A stretch of DNA of 64,000 nt from an uncultured Gammaproteobacteria bacterium (GTDB lineage: Bacteria; Pseudomonadota; Gammaproteobacteria; DRLM01). Both the position numbers and the translations under genes were made by a program. The notes under the pieces are model-generated. The model had not been told where the DNA came from and searched no databases. It saw only the letters and a list, made by a program, of their open reading frames with translations. Where the stretch lies: NCBI GenBank assembly GCA_947259075.1, contig CAMYKQ010000038.1, forward strand, positions 18,750 to 82,749. Reading direction: 5' to 3'. Positions within the stretch are counted from its first letter, which is position 1; every line of letters begins with the position of its first letter. Positions 43,141-54,600 of the stretch are shown here, in pieces.

Positions 43141-43176
43141 GTTTTTATCCCCCGCCACAGCGACAGGAGAGTTGTC

Positions 43177-43749
43177 ATGAAGAAAATGCTGATCGTAGCC
43201 ATATTCGCCGCCGTGCCCCTGCCGGTGTTCGCCGCGGAGTCGTTCACTATCGACCCAATGCACACCTACCCTCACTTCAGCATCAATCATCTCGGGTTTT
43301 CCACCATGCACGGCCGTTTCGGCAAGACCACGGGCACGCTGACCGTCGATGCGGCCAAGAAGACCGGTTCCGTGGAGGTGGTGATCGACGCCGCCTCGGT
43401 CGATACCGGTTTCGTGAAGCGCGATGATCATCTGCGCTCGCCGGACTTCCTCAACGTGGTAGAGTTTCCCGAGATCACCTATAAGTCGACCAAGGTGGTG
43501 ATCAACGACGACAAGTCCGCGGTGGTGGACGGCGATCTCACCATCGCCGGGGTGACCAAGCCGGTGCGCTTGGATGTGAAGAGCATGAACTGCGGCATCA
43601 ATCCCATGGACCCGAAGAAACAGATTTATGTGTGTGGCTTTGACGCCGAGACCAAGATCAAACGCTCCGATTTCGGAGTGAAGTTTGCCCTGCCTGCCGT
43701 CGGCGATGAGATGCGTCTCGTTTTCGAAGTGGAAGCGATCCGTAATTAA
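43177..43749 (+). CDS. YceI-family polyisoprenoid-binding periplasmic protein
   Basis: Signal peptide, IDPMHT, HLGFS..GRF, RDDHLRSPDF, GDLTIAGVTKPV, RSDFG. Confidence 0.93.
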   Translation: MKKMLIVAIFAAVPLPVFAAESFTIDPMHTYPHFSINHLGFSTMHGRFGKTTGTLTVDAAKKTGSVEVVIDAASVDTGFVKRDDHLRSPDFLNVVEFPEITYKSTKVVINDDKSAVVDGDLTIAGVTKPVRLDVKSMNCGINPMDPKKQIYVCGFDAETKIKRSDFGVKFALPAVGDEMRLVFEVEAIRN

Positions 43750-43804
43750 ACCGCTGATGGCGTAAACGCACCGCCGGGTGCCGCGTAAGCGGCCCCGGCG
43801 TTTT

Positions 43805-44602
43805 TTATTTGGCGGCGGCGCGATTGGCCAGCGCGGCGAATTGCGCCAGACTCAATACTTCGGCGCGCAGACCGGGGTCGATGCCCGCCGCGCGGATACC
43901 CGCTTCATCGAGCAGTTCCTTCAGCGTATTGCGCAAGGTCTTGCGGCGCTGACTGAAGGCGCGGCGCACCAGATCGCTGAACACGTTTTCATCGTCGATC
44001 TGCACCGGCGGCGCGGCATGCGGCACCAGGCGCACGAAGGCCGAGTCGACCTTGGGCGCGGGGCGGAAGGCGCCAGGCCCCACCGGGAATAGCAGCTCCA
44101 CCGCGCAACGCCATTGCAGCATCACGCTTAAGCGGCCGTAGTCACCGCCGCCCGGCGCCGCGGCCATGCGCAGCGCCACTTCTTTTTGCACCATGAAATA
44201 CATGTCGGCGATCAGCGGCGCGAAGTCGAGCAGATGAAACAACAGCGGCGTCGAAATGTTATAGGGCAGATTGCCCACCACGCGCAGGCTGTCCTCGCCG
44301 TGAGCCAGCGAGGCGAAATCGAATTTGAGCGCGTCGAGCTGATGAACGTGGAGTTCACCCTTGCCCGCGCAGCTTTGTTGCAGATGCGGAATCACGTCGC
44401 GGTCCAGTTCGACCACATGCAGCGTGTGCGCCGTTTCCAGTAAGGGGACGGTGAGCGCGCCGAGGCCCGGGCCGATTTCCACTAGCGTCTGTCCGGGGCG
44501 GGGGGCGATGGCGCGCAGGATGCGGTCGATGACGGCCTCGTCGTGCAGAAAATTTTGCCCGAAACGTTTGCGCGCGCGGTGACCTTGATCGAATTGACTC
44601 AT
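43805..44602 (-). CDS. rsmA: 16S rRNA adenine dimethyltransferase
   Basis: [36 protein letters not shown]. Confidence 0.97.
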   Translation of the reverse strand: MSQFDQGHRARKRFGQNFLHDEAVIDRILRAIAPRPGQTLVEIGPGLGALTVPLLETAHTLHVVELDRDVIPHLQQSCAGKGELHVHQLDALKFDFASLAHGEDSLRVVGNLPYNISTPLLFHLLDFAPLIADMYFMVQKEVALRMAAAPGGGDYGRLSVMLQWRCAVELLFPVGPGAFRPAPKVDSAFVRLVPHAAPPVQIDDENVFSDLVRRAFSQRRKTLRNTLKELLDEAGIRAAGIDPGLRAEVLSLAQFAALANRAAAK

Positions 44603-45612
44603 GCGTTCTCTCGCGCCGCGATATCGACGGCCAATTGCAAGGCCGCATCCAGGCTGCCGGACTCGGCGCCGCCCTTGCCCGCCAATTCCAGCGCGGTGCC
44701 GTGATCGACCGAGGTGCGGATGATGGGCAAGCCCAGGGTGATGTTCACCGCTTGGCCGAAGCCTTTGAACTTGAGCACCGGCAGGCCTTGATCGTGATAC
44801 ATCGCCAGCACCGCGTCGGCGGTATCGAGATGTTTGGGAATGAACAAGGTGTCGGCGGGCAGGGGGCCGATCAGGTCCATGCCCGCGCCGCGCAGCGCGT
44901 TGAGTACCGGCTCGACCACGTCGCGGTCTTCCGTGCCCAGATGGCCGCCTTCACCCGCGTGGGGATTGAGGCCGCACACCACGATGCGCGGCGCGGCGAT
45001 GCCGAAGCGCGCGCGCAGATCGTGATGCAGGATCCGTATCACCCCCGTGAGGTGCGGCGCGGTGATGGCGTCCGCCACGTCGCGCAGCGGCAAGTGGGTG
45101 GTGGCCAGCGCCACGCGCAGGCCTGCGGTGAGCAGCATCATCACCACTTGATCGCTTCGGGTGTGCTCGGCGAGAAATTCAGTGTGGCCGGAGAAGGCGA
45201 AGCCGGCGTCATTGATGACGCCTTTGTGCACCGGGCCGGTGACCAGGGCGGCGAAGTCACCCTGCACGCAGCCCTGGGTGGCCGCGCGCAGGGTGTCGAG
45301 CACGTAAGCGGCGTTGGCCGTATTGAGCTGGCCGGCTTGTACCGCGGCGCGCAAGGGCACGGGCAAGACCGTCAGCGTGCCGGCCGCTTGCGCGCGCGGC
45401 GGCTGTTCGGCATTGAATTCATTGAGCGCGAGGGGCAAGTCCAGTTGCGCCGCGCGTTGCGACAATAAAACCTGATCGGCGACCACCACCAGCTCGGCGG
45501 GATACGGGCGCTGCGCCAGCATCACGCAGAGGTCGGGGCCGATGCCGGCGGGCTCACCGGGGGTGATGGCGATGCGCGGCACGGCGGGCGGATAATTTCG
45601 GGGCTGAGTCAT
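44599..45612 (-). CDS. pdxA: 4-hydroxythreonine-4-phosphate dehydrogenase
   Basis: [38 protein letters not shown]. Confidence 0.97.
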   Translation of the reverse strand: MTQPRNYPPAVPRIAITPGEPAGIGPDLCVMLAQRPYPAELVVVADQVLLSQRAAQLDLPLALNEFNAEQPPRAQAAGTLTVLPVPLRAAVQAGQLNTANAAYVLDTLRAATQGCVQGDFAALVTGPVHKGVINDAGFAFSGHTEFLAEHTRSDQVVMMLLTAGLRVALATTHLPLRDVADAITAPHLTGVIRILHHDLRARFGIAAPRIVVCGLNPHAGEGGHLGTEDRDVVEPVLNALRGAGMDLIGPLPADTLFIPKHLDTADAVLAMYHDQGLPVLKFKGFGQAVNITLGLPIIRTSVDHGTALELAGKGGAESGSLDAALQLAVDIAARENA

Positions 45613-45693
45613 GGGAAGGGCTTTTTATCACTTCCCCCGCCGCGGGTCCACTGCGGCCGTGATCCGCGTGCCCTGGCGCGCGGCGGCTGGCGT

Positions 45694-48600
45694 TTAATAG
45701 GTGCCTTGCAGGCGCAGGAACCAGCCGTGTACCGAGTAGTCGTTGTCGGAGAATTCACTGTCGGAGAAATCGGTGAAATTGTAGCCGCCGCCGACGCGCA
45801 CATGCTCCATGGCACGCCACATCACGTCGGCGGCCCAGCCTTGGCGCTGGTCGTCGGTCTCTTGCTGGCTTAACAGCCGGTATTCGGCGCCGAGGTCGAT
45901 GCGCGGGCGGATACGGTAATTGAGCCGGTTGATGGACAAGAAGGTAGTGGTGGCGATGCTGGGGCGGCCGCCCGCGCGTTCTTCTTTCATGCGCAACGCC
46001 AGTTTGTCCACCCATTCCAAGGCGGGCGTGAGCTCCAGCGACCATTCGATGGAGGCGATGTCGCGGCTGATGTTTTGCATATCGCCGGCGCCGAGACTGA
46101 GCGGGCGCTGATCGGCTTGGCGGGTGTAGCGCGCCAGGGCGTTGAAACGGTCGCTGGCCACGGGGCGGTAGGCTAGCCCTAAGCTGCTTTCTTCAAACTC
46201 CGCTTCCACGACATCGTTGTCGAGGTCGCGGCTGAGGCTGTAGCGGTATTTGCCCAGCAGGGTGTAATCGGGATCGAGCTTCAATTCCGCGCTATTGGTC
46301 GAGAGGAATTGCTCGCGTTCTTGTACCCCGCTTTCGCGGCGCAGTTCGTTGCGGGTGCTGGCGCTGAGTCCGCGCGGATGGCTGTAAGACAAGCCGGTGG
46401 CGATGGCGTAGCGGTCCGAGCCGCCGCTGGCGGCTTGGATCTTGCCCAGTTCCGCCGCCAGCAATAATTGCAGGCCGCGCCGCAGCCGCCATTTTTGTTC
46501 GGCGCCGATCAAGGAGACGTTGCGGTCGCCTTGGTCCGCTACTTCCCATTGGTATTCGGAATAGACCTTGCCGTCACGGCCCAGCGGTGATTGGGCGCCG
46601 ACGATGGTGGTATTGCGGCCGTTGTTTTGCATATCGCGGCTGAGGCGCTGGGTGAGGTAGAGGCGGTTGCCGTCGAGATTGAATTCCGCGCCCAATTCCG
46701 CGGCCTGCCCCAGGCTGCCGCTGATGCCTTTGGCCTTCAAGGTCAAGGCGGAGCTGAGGCTGTAATCAACGCCGATACCGGTTTGATCGTTGTCCGCGCC
46801 GCTGAGGGTGAATTGCTGCTCAATGGAGGCGGTGAGTTTTTCGGTGACGCGCAGACGCAGCTCGGCGGCCATCAGGCTGCTGTCATTGATGCCCGTGGCG
46901 GCGTTGCTGGTCTCTTTTTGCTGGTATTCCGCCGTGGCGCTCCAGCGTTCGGCGGCATGGCGCAGTTGCGCCGTCGTGGTACTGCTTTCGCTGTCACCGC
47001 TGGCGGACAGGATCTTTTCCTGATCTTGGCGCAGCAACACCTTGTCACGCTCGCTCACTTGCAGGCTCATGTTCAGTCCGCTTTTCTCCGACGAGATTTC
47101 ACTGCTATTGCCGTTGGAGATGAAGCCCGGCCCCAGGCGTTTCATGTAGGCGCCCATGCGATAGCGGTTGGCCTGGCCGAACCATTCGCCGATGTCCATT
47201 TCCGCGGCGAGTTTCCACGCTTGGCCGCTGCTGGTGTCGAGCGGCGTGGTTTCCTTGAAGCTGAGACCGCCGTCGTCACTGTAGAAGCTCTGGCCGTCGC
47301 TGCCTTCGCTCTGCGCCATTTCGGCGAGCAGGCGGGTGCCCTTGCCCAAGCGGATTTCGGTGTCGAGGCCTTGCAATTGATATTGTCCGGCGGCGCCTTC
47401 GTCTTGCACGTAGGTGCCGCCGATGGCGACGTGGTCGTTGAGCTGCTGGCGCACACGGCCGCCGCTGGCGCTCTTCTCGAAGAAGGCGGCTTCGGTTTCA
47501 TAGTCCACTTCGATGGAGACGGGATTGCCGCCCAGCAGCGCGCGATCGACGAGGCGGCTGTCGGCTTGGGTGCTGGCCAGCGGCCGGGTGAAGAGGATGC
47601 GGCCTTCGACGTAACGGATATTGTAATCGGTGTTTTGCTGCTGCGGCTGGCGTGAGAGCACCAGGCCGGTGTCTTTATCGCGCACCACCAACGTGACTTG
47701 TTCGCTGCCTTCGATGATGTCGCCGTGGCTCAAATAATAGAGTGAGCCGCCGGTGGCGCGCAGTTCGTCGCGCACGTGCATTTGCCGCACCGCCGCGCTG
47801 AATACCGCGACTTGGGTATCGGGGGCGCCGTATTGAGTGCGCGCCAGGCTTTGATAGGCGAGACGGCCGCCGAAGAGGGTGCGCTGATAGGTGGCGAGTT
47901 CGGTGTCGGTGAAATTCACCGGGTAGTTGCCGATCACCGCATGCAGTTCATCGCTGTCCACCGCGAGATAGAATTTGCCGCTGCTCTCGCTGTCGTAGAC
48001 CACGGTGCTGTCGTCGCCGTAGACCGGATAGAGTTTGTCGGGATCGATGTTGGTGAGCAGGCGGTCGTTCTCGGCGCGGTCGAGGTCTTTGAACATATCG
48101 CCCAGCTCGTTCGTGCCGCTGTCGAAGGCGGAGGTGACGAGGTATTTGCCCGCGATCACGCCTTTCAAGTAATAGGCAATGCGGCCCTCGCTGTAGAATT
48201 GCGAGGCGCCATCCATGCCCGCCCCCTGCACATAACCCTTGGCCTGCATCTGGCCGATCTTGCCGTCGGCGAAGGCGAGCAGGAAGAGTTTGGAATCGCG
48301 CACCTCGATATCGCGGCTGATGCGCCCGCTGTTGCCCGCCGGATCGCTCACGTTCACCTCGATGCTGCTGTGGCCCAGTGGCAGGGTCACGGTGGTGCTG
48401 AAGCGGCCGTCGTCTTGCAGCGCCACCTCTTTGGCGTTGACGCTAACCTTATTGCCCGGCTCGGTGGCGCCGCTCACCACCAGCACCGGCGAGGTGAGTG
48501 CCGCGTCCTTGGGCGGGAAGTTCACCGCGAGGCGCGGCACGGGTTGCACCAGCAGATACAGCGCGCCGTTTTCATCGCGTGCGCTCACCTTGACCTTCAA

Positions 48601-51600
48601 GTCCACCACGCGGGTGAAGTTGGCCTCGTTGCGCAGCAGCAGGGTGAAGAAGTTGACACCCTGTTTGAGTTTGATGTCGGCGGCGAAGCGGCCCGCGGCT
48701 TCGACGGGCAAGCGCCGGTCATCCAGCTGCACGATATTGCCCGGCTCGGTGCGCCCGTGCAGACGGAAGCCCATGACGATCTCTTCTGGCGCGGCGCGCG
48801 CCACGACATCGCGCGCGTCGGCGTAATAACCTTGTTCATCATCGCGCGCGCCGTAAGGCACGCGGACTTCACCGGCGGGCAGGTTTAAACTGGGCACGGC
48901 GATACGCGCCAGCGAGGACTTATCCTGCGCGCTGGTCAACTGAATATCGAACTCCGTGGCCGAGGCCGGCTCGATTTGGGTTTGGAAGACGCCGCCACCC
49001 TGCAATGGCAGTGTTTTACCGTTGATGACGGCGCCGGGTTCGGCGCGGTATTGATCGGTGACGCTGATGGTCTCGACCTTGCCCACCAGACCTTTGATCT
49101 CCACGCGGCGGTTCAGCTCGCGGCCCTCGGGCAGGCCGTTGCTCGCCATGGGCCGCCGCGAGCCGAAGCCGCGCACCACCAGCCGCTCACGCGGGATGTC
49201 TTCCTCTTCCATGAGATATCTCGCCGCCGCTTCGGCGCGTTCTTGCGAGAGGCGTAGATTGGCCTCATCGCTGCCGATGGAGTCGGTGTGGCCTTCGATC
49301 ACCACCTTCTCTTCCGGGAAGCGCAACAACAGCGCCGAGGATTCGCGCAGCGCCTGCCGCGCGGCGGGGCTGAGCTGGGACGAACCCAGTTCGAAGGCGC
49401 CGCCGGTGAGATTGACGGCGATGGCCGAGCTGCGATTGACGCCCACTAAACGCCGCGCGCTGCGCGCGACGCCGTCATCGGCGTAATCCAGCTCCAGTTG
49501 ATATTCGTAAATCTCGCCGCCTTCGAGCAAGTCGCCGTGATCGTCGCGCGCATCCCATTCGATGACGGGCGGCGGCGCGCCCTCGCCGCGCAGGGTGCGC
49601 ACGGTCTGGTGCGCGGCATTGTTCACGGTGAACAACCAGGCGTTCACCTTTGCTTTGCTATCGATGTTGACGCTGAGCCGCAGCGGTTGTTCGAGTTTGC
49701 CGCTGTTGATATTGATGAGATCATCCACGCTGGTGAGGCCGAGTTTGATGTCGCCGTTGGGCAGCGCCAGCGAATAACCGTTGACCAGCGCGGTGAGCAT
49801 TTCCACGCTGCCGAAGACGCTGGCGGGTTTTTCACCGAGTTCGGTTTGCGCGCGCAGGCCGTGGTTGGCGGCGCGGCCTATGATCTCGACCTCGTGCTGG
49901 TAAATCACGCCGAAATTGGCCTTGGCGAGCAGACCGGGCGTGATGTTCACCACGGTGATTTCCTCGGTCGTGACTTCGGCGCCGGCGTCCAGCGCCTGCA
50001 GATTTATTTTCAGCGCGCGCGGTCCCGGTTTGACCGCGGGGAAGTGGTAACGGCCGTGTTCATCGGTGAGGGCGTAGCTGCCGTTGTCCAGCACCACCAT
50101 GGCGCCGCTCACGCCTTTTTCGCCCTGGTCCTGTTTGCCGTTGCGGTTGGGGTCTTGGAAGACCTTGCCGATGATGGTGCCGAGATCGAAGACCGGATCG
50201 AGCGTCACGCTCACCCGGGCCTCGGCGTTATTGGAGATGTAGCAGACATCGCAGACGTCGAGGGCGTAAACGGTGTTGACGTATTCGCGCGGCGTGGCGC
50301 CCGCGCCGACGATCAATTGATAGCTGAGCGTGGTGTAGCCCTGTTCGCCGGGATCGGCGCTGCCATTGCCGTTGCTGTCCACCCGCGCGAGCAGGGTGCC
50401 GAGGCCGAAGATCAAGGGCCGGTGACCCGCCGGGTCGGGCGCCAGCGCGCCATTGAGGCGGGTGCTGCCGGGCACGTATTTGAAATTGGGCGGCAGGGCG
50501 TCATGCAGTTTGACTTGCAGCACGTCCTTGTCGGTGATGTTTTTGATGATGAGCGTATAGGTGACGACATCGCCGATCACCACCTCGTCTTTGTTGGCGA
50601 GCTTGGTGATGTCGAGCACGCGGCCTTGAGTGAAATACACCTTGGGCTGCGTGAGCAACACGATATTGTCGCTGATGTCGGTGGCGCGCAGGGTGGCGAC
50701 GCCGATGGTGTTGGAGCGGATCTGGGCGATGGCGCTGCCGTCGGCGCCGGTGGGCGCGCCGGCTTGGGTGATCGTATCCAAGGCGCCGCGATCGGAATCG
50801 AACACGACGGTTTTGCCCGGCACCCGCAAGCCGCTGGTGTCGATGAGGGTGGCGCTGAGCGTGCTGGCGGCGCTGCCGTCGGCGATGACGATGAGCGGTT
50901 GCGCGGTGACGATGGAGGCGAGCGGATCGACGCCGAACACGGTGCTGACGGCTAGGCCGTTGCCGTCGCCGGGATCGCCGTCGGCGTCACCCGCGCTCAC
51001 CGCTTGCGGCGCGGCGGGCGTGGCGCTGTCATCGACCGTGGCGCTGAAGACGCTGGCGCCGCTTACCAGCGGGGCGTTGGCGCTGAAACGCAATTGCAGA
51101 TTGCCGCTGGCGCTGAGTTTGGCGCCGAGTTTGACGCTCATGGTGGCGCCGCTGATGCTGGCGCAGTATTGGCCCGCGGCAGGCGCGGGGCACGCGGCCG
51201 CGAGCGCGCCGCCGTTGACGCTGAAGCCGGTGATGGCCAGCCCCATGAAGCCGGTGGGCGCGGTGACGCTGAGCAGATCGACGCCGCTGTCGCCGGGGTT
51301 GATGGCGGGCAGCACGTCGAAGGTAAAGGCGATGCCGGTGGCGCCCACCACCACGCTGGCCGGGGTGATTTCGCCCACGGCCGCGGTGACGGCATTGGCG
51401 TTGTCGTCGTTGTCGATGCTGTGCACGTGTTGCGCGATCGCGCCCAGGGTGGCGTTGAGCGGATTGCTGAGATTGACCACGACGGTCTCGTTGCTCTCCG
51501 TATCGGCGTCGTCGATGATCGCGAGGCTGATGTCCTTGCTGGTCTCGCCGGGATTGAAGATGAGCGTGCCGCTGGCGAGGGTGTAATCCACGCCGCCGCC

Positions 51601-54600
51601 GGTGGCGGTGCTGGCGGGATCGACGCCGTAATCCACGCTGACGGGCAGGCCGCTGGCGGCGGAGAGCGTGACGGTGATTAATGCGCTGGGGATATTCTCC
51701 AGCGCATTGCCGCCGGCGGCGGCGAAGGCGGCGCTGGGCGCGGCGTCGTTATCGTTGAGGGTGTAGCTGTGTTGCGGCGTCGCGCCGAGGATGGCGTTGA
51801 CGGGCGCGCTTAAATTGATGACCACGGTTTCGTCGCTTTCGTCCAAGGCGTCGTCGTTCACCGCGAGCGAGATGGCCTTGAGGGTGTCGCCGGGGTTGAA
51901 GGTGAGCGTGCCGCTGGCGAGGGTGTAATCGACGCCGCCGCCGCTGGCGGTGCCGGCGGCGTCGATGCTGTAATTGACGGTGATGATTTGGGTGCTGGCC
52001 GTGGAGAGCGTGACATTGACGCTGACCGGCGTGAAGGCTTCATCGCCGTTGGCGCTGGCGGCGGCGAAGTTGATTACCGCGGTGTCGTTGTCGCTTACGT
52101 TTACCGTGATGTTGGGAATGGCGAGGGCGTTGTAGTTCAAATCCGCGCTCGCGGCGCCGTGGGTGATGCTGGCACTGTGCGGGCCTTCGGCGATGGCATC
52201 GTCGATGGCGATGACGGTGACGGTCTGCGCGTTATTCCAATTGAGCGGAGTGAAGGTGAGCGCGACGGCCGTGCCCGCGCCGGCGCCCAAATCGGCTTGC
52301 GCGTCGGGGGTGACGGTAATGACGACGTTGGCGCCGGGCGCGGAGTCGAGCACCACGGTGTAGCTGTCGCCGGCGCCGCCCTCGCTGGCCGTGGTCGCGC
52401 CGCCGGACTCGTTAAACGTGACGCCGGGCAGATCGTTGTCGCTGATGGACACCACGATATTGGGAATGGCGAGGGCGTTGTAATTTAAATCCGCGCTCGC
52501 GGCGGCGTGGGTGATGACGGCGCCGTGCGGACCTTCGGCGCTGGCGTCGTCGACGGCGGTGACGGTGACGGTCTGCGCGTTGTTCCAATTGAGCGGGGTG
52601 AAGCTGAGCGCGACGGCCGTGCCCGCGCCCGCGCCTAAATCCACTTGCGCATCGGGGGTGACGGTGATGACGACGTTGGCGCTGGGCGCGGAGTTGAGCA
52701 CCACGGTGTAGCTGTCGCTGCCCGGGCCGGTTTCAGCGACGCTGGTGCCGCCGCCGGATTCGCTCAGGGTCACGCCGGGCGTGTCGTTGTCGGCGATGTT
52801 CACCGTGATAGTGGGGATGGCGAGGGCGTTGTAGTTCAAATCCGCGCTCGCGGCGCCGTGGGTGATGGTGGCGCTGTGCGGACCCTCGGCTATCGCGTCG
52901 TCCACCGCGGTGACGTTGACGGTCTGCGCGCTATTCCAGTTGAGCGGGGTGAAGCTGAGCACGACGGCCGTGCCCGCGCCCGCGCCCAAATCCACTTGCG
53001 CATCGGGGGTGACGCTGACGGTGACGTTGGCGCTGGGCGCGGTGTTGAGCACCACGGTGTAGCTGTCGCCGGCGCCGCCTTCGCTGGCCGTGGTGACGCC
53101 GCCGGATTCGTTGAGCGTCACGCCGGGCACGTCGTTGTCGCTGATGTTCACGAGCACATTGGCGATGACCAGGCCGTTGTACGCGGCATCGGCGCTGTTC
53201 GCGCTGTGGGTGATGCTGCTGTTGTGCGGGCCTTCGGCGCTGGCGTCATCCACCGCGGTGACGGTGACGCTCTGCGCAAGATTCCAGTTGAGCGGGGTGA
53301 AGCTGAGCACCACGGCCGTGCCCGCGCCGCCGCCTAAATCCACTTGCGCGTCGGGGGTGACCGTGAGGGTAACATTCGCCGCCGGTTGCGTGGCGAGCAC
53401 TAAGGTGTAGCTGTCGCTGCTCGGTCCGGTCTCGTTGACATTGGTGGCGCCGCCGGATTCGCTGATCGTCACCGCGGCCGCGTCGTTGTCGTTCACGGTG
53501 TAAACCTGTTGCGGGGTGGCGCCGAGGCTGGCGTTGCTGGGATTGGCAAGATCGATCATAACGGTTTCATTGCCTTCGGCGATGAGGTCATCGTTCACCG
53601 CGAGGCTGATGACTTTGCTGGTCTCGCCGGGGTTGAAGGTCAGCGTGCCGTTGGCGAGGGTGTAATCGATGCCGCCGCCGCTGGCGCTGCTGGCGCCGTT
53701 CACCGCGTAATCCACGGTGACGGTTTTACTCGAGGCGGCGGACAAGGCCACCGTGATGTTCACCGGCGTCACGGATTCCGCGCCGCTGGCCGCGGCGGCG
53801 GCGAAGCTCACGCTGGGCGCGGGGTCGTCGTCGGTGATGGTCGCGGTATGCACGGTCGTGCCGCCCGCGAAGGCATTGACGGGCGTGCCCATGGTCACAA
53901 CGACGGTTTCGCCGTCTTCGTCGAGCGCGTCGTTGACGACGGTCACGGTGATATCCGCGCTCAAACTGCCCGCGCTGATAATGAGAGGGCTGGCGGTGAT
54001 GGTGTAATCCGCCGGGTTGTTTGCCGTGCCGCCCAGGGTGAAGGGCAGGCTGACGTTCTGCGCCGAGACTTGTGACAGTTGCGCGGTGATGGTGAGCGTG
54101 CCCGCGTTTTCGGCGCCGCTTTGACTGGCGGCGGTGAAGCTGACTTGCGGCAAGACCGTCACGCCTTGCGTGTTGGCGTCCGCCGCGTCGCCATCGGCAT
54201 TGCCCGCGGTGGTGGCCTGCGCGGCGATAGAGCCGGTGCCGGTGTCGTCGACAGTGGACGTGAAGTTGCCGCTGCCGAGTGCGCCGGGCGCATCCGCGTT
54301 GAAGCTGATCTTGATGTTGGTGCCGGTTACGCTGACCTTGCTCCCCAAGCGGATGGTCATCACTTGTCCCGCGACGCCTGCGCAGTATTCACCCGCGGCG
54401 GGGGCGGGACAACTGCCCGACGCCGTTTGCGCGCCGCCGCCCAGCGATACGCCGGTGACGCTCAAACCGCCATAGCCCGCCGGGGCGGTGATGGCGATTT
54501 GATCGATGCCGGTGTTGCCGGGATTGATAGCGGGCAGTACATCGTAGGTGAAGTTGATGCCGCTGCTGGCGGCCGGTACCGCGGCGGGATCGATTTCAGC

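Noticed and set aside
52084..53482. Regularly spaced repeats as a possible CRISPR array
   Set aside because: Units are ~350 bp, in frame within a protein gene, with no unique spacers and no cas genes.
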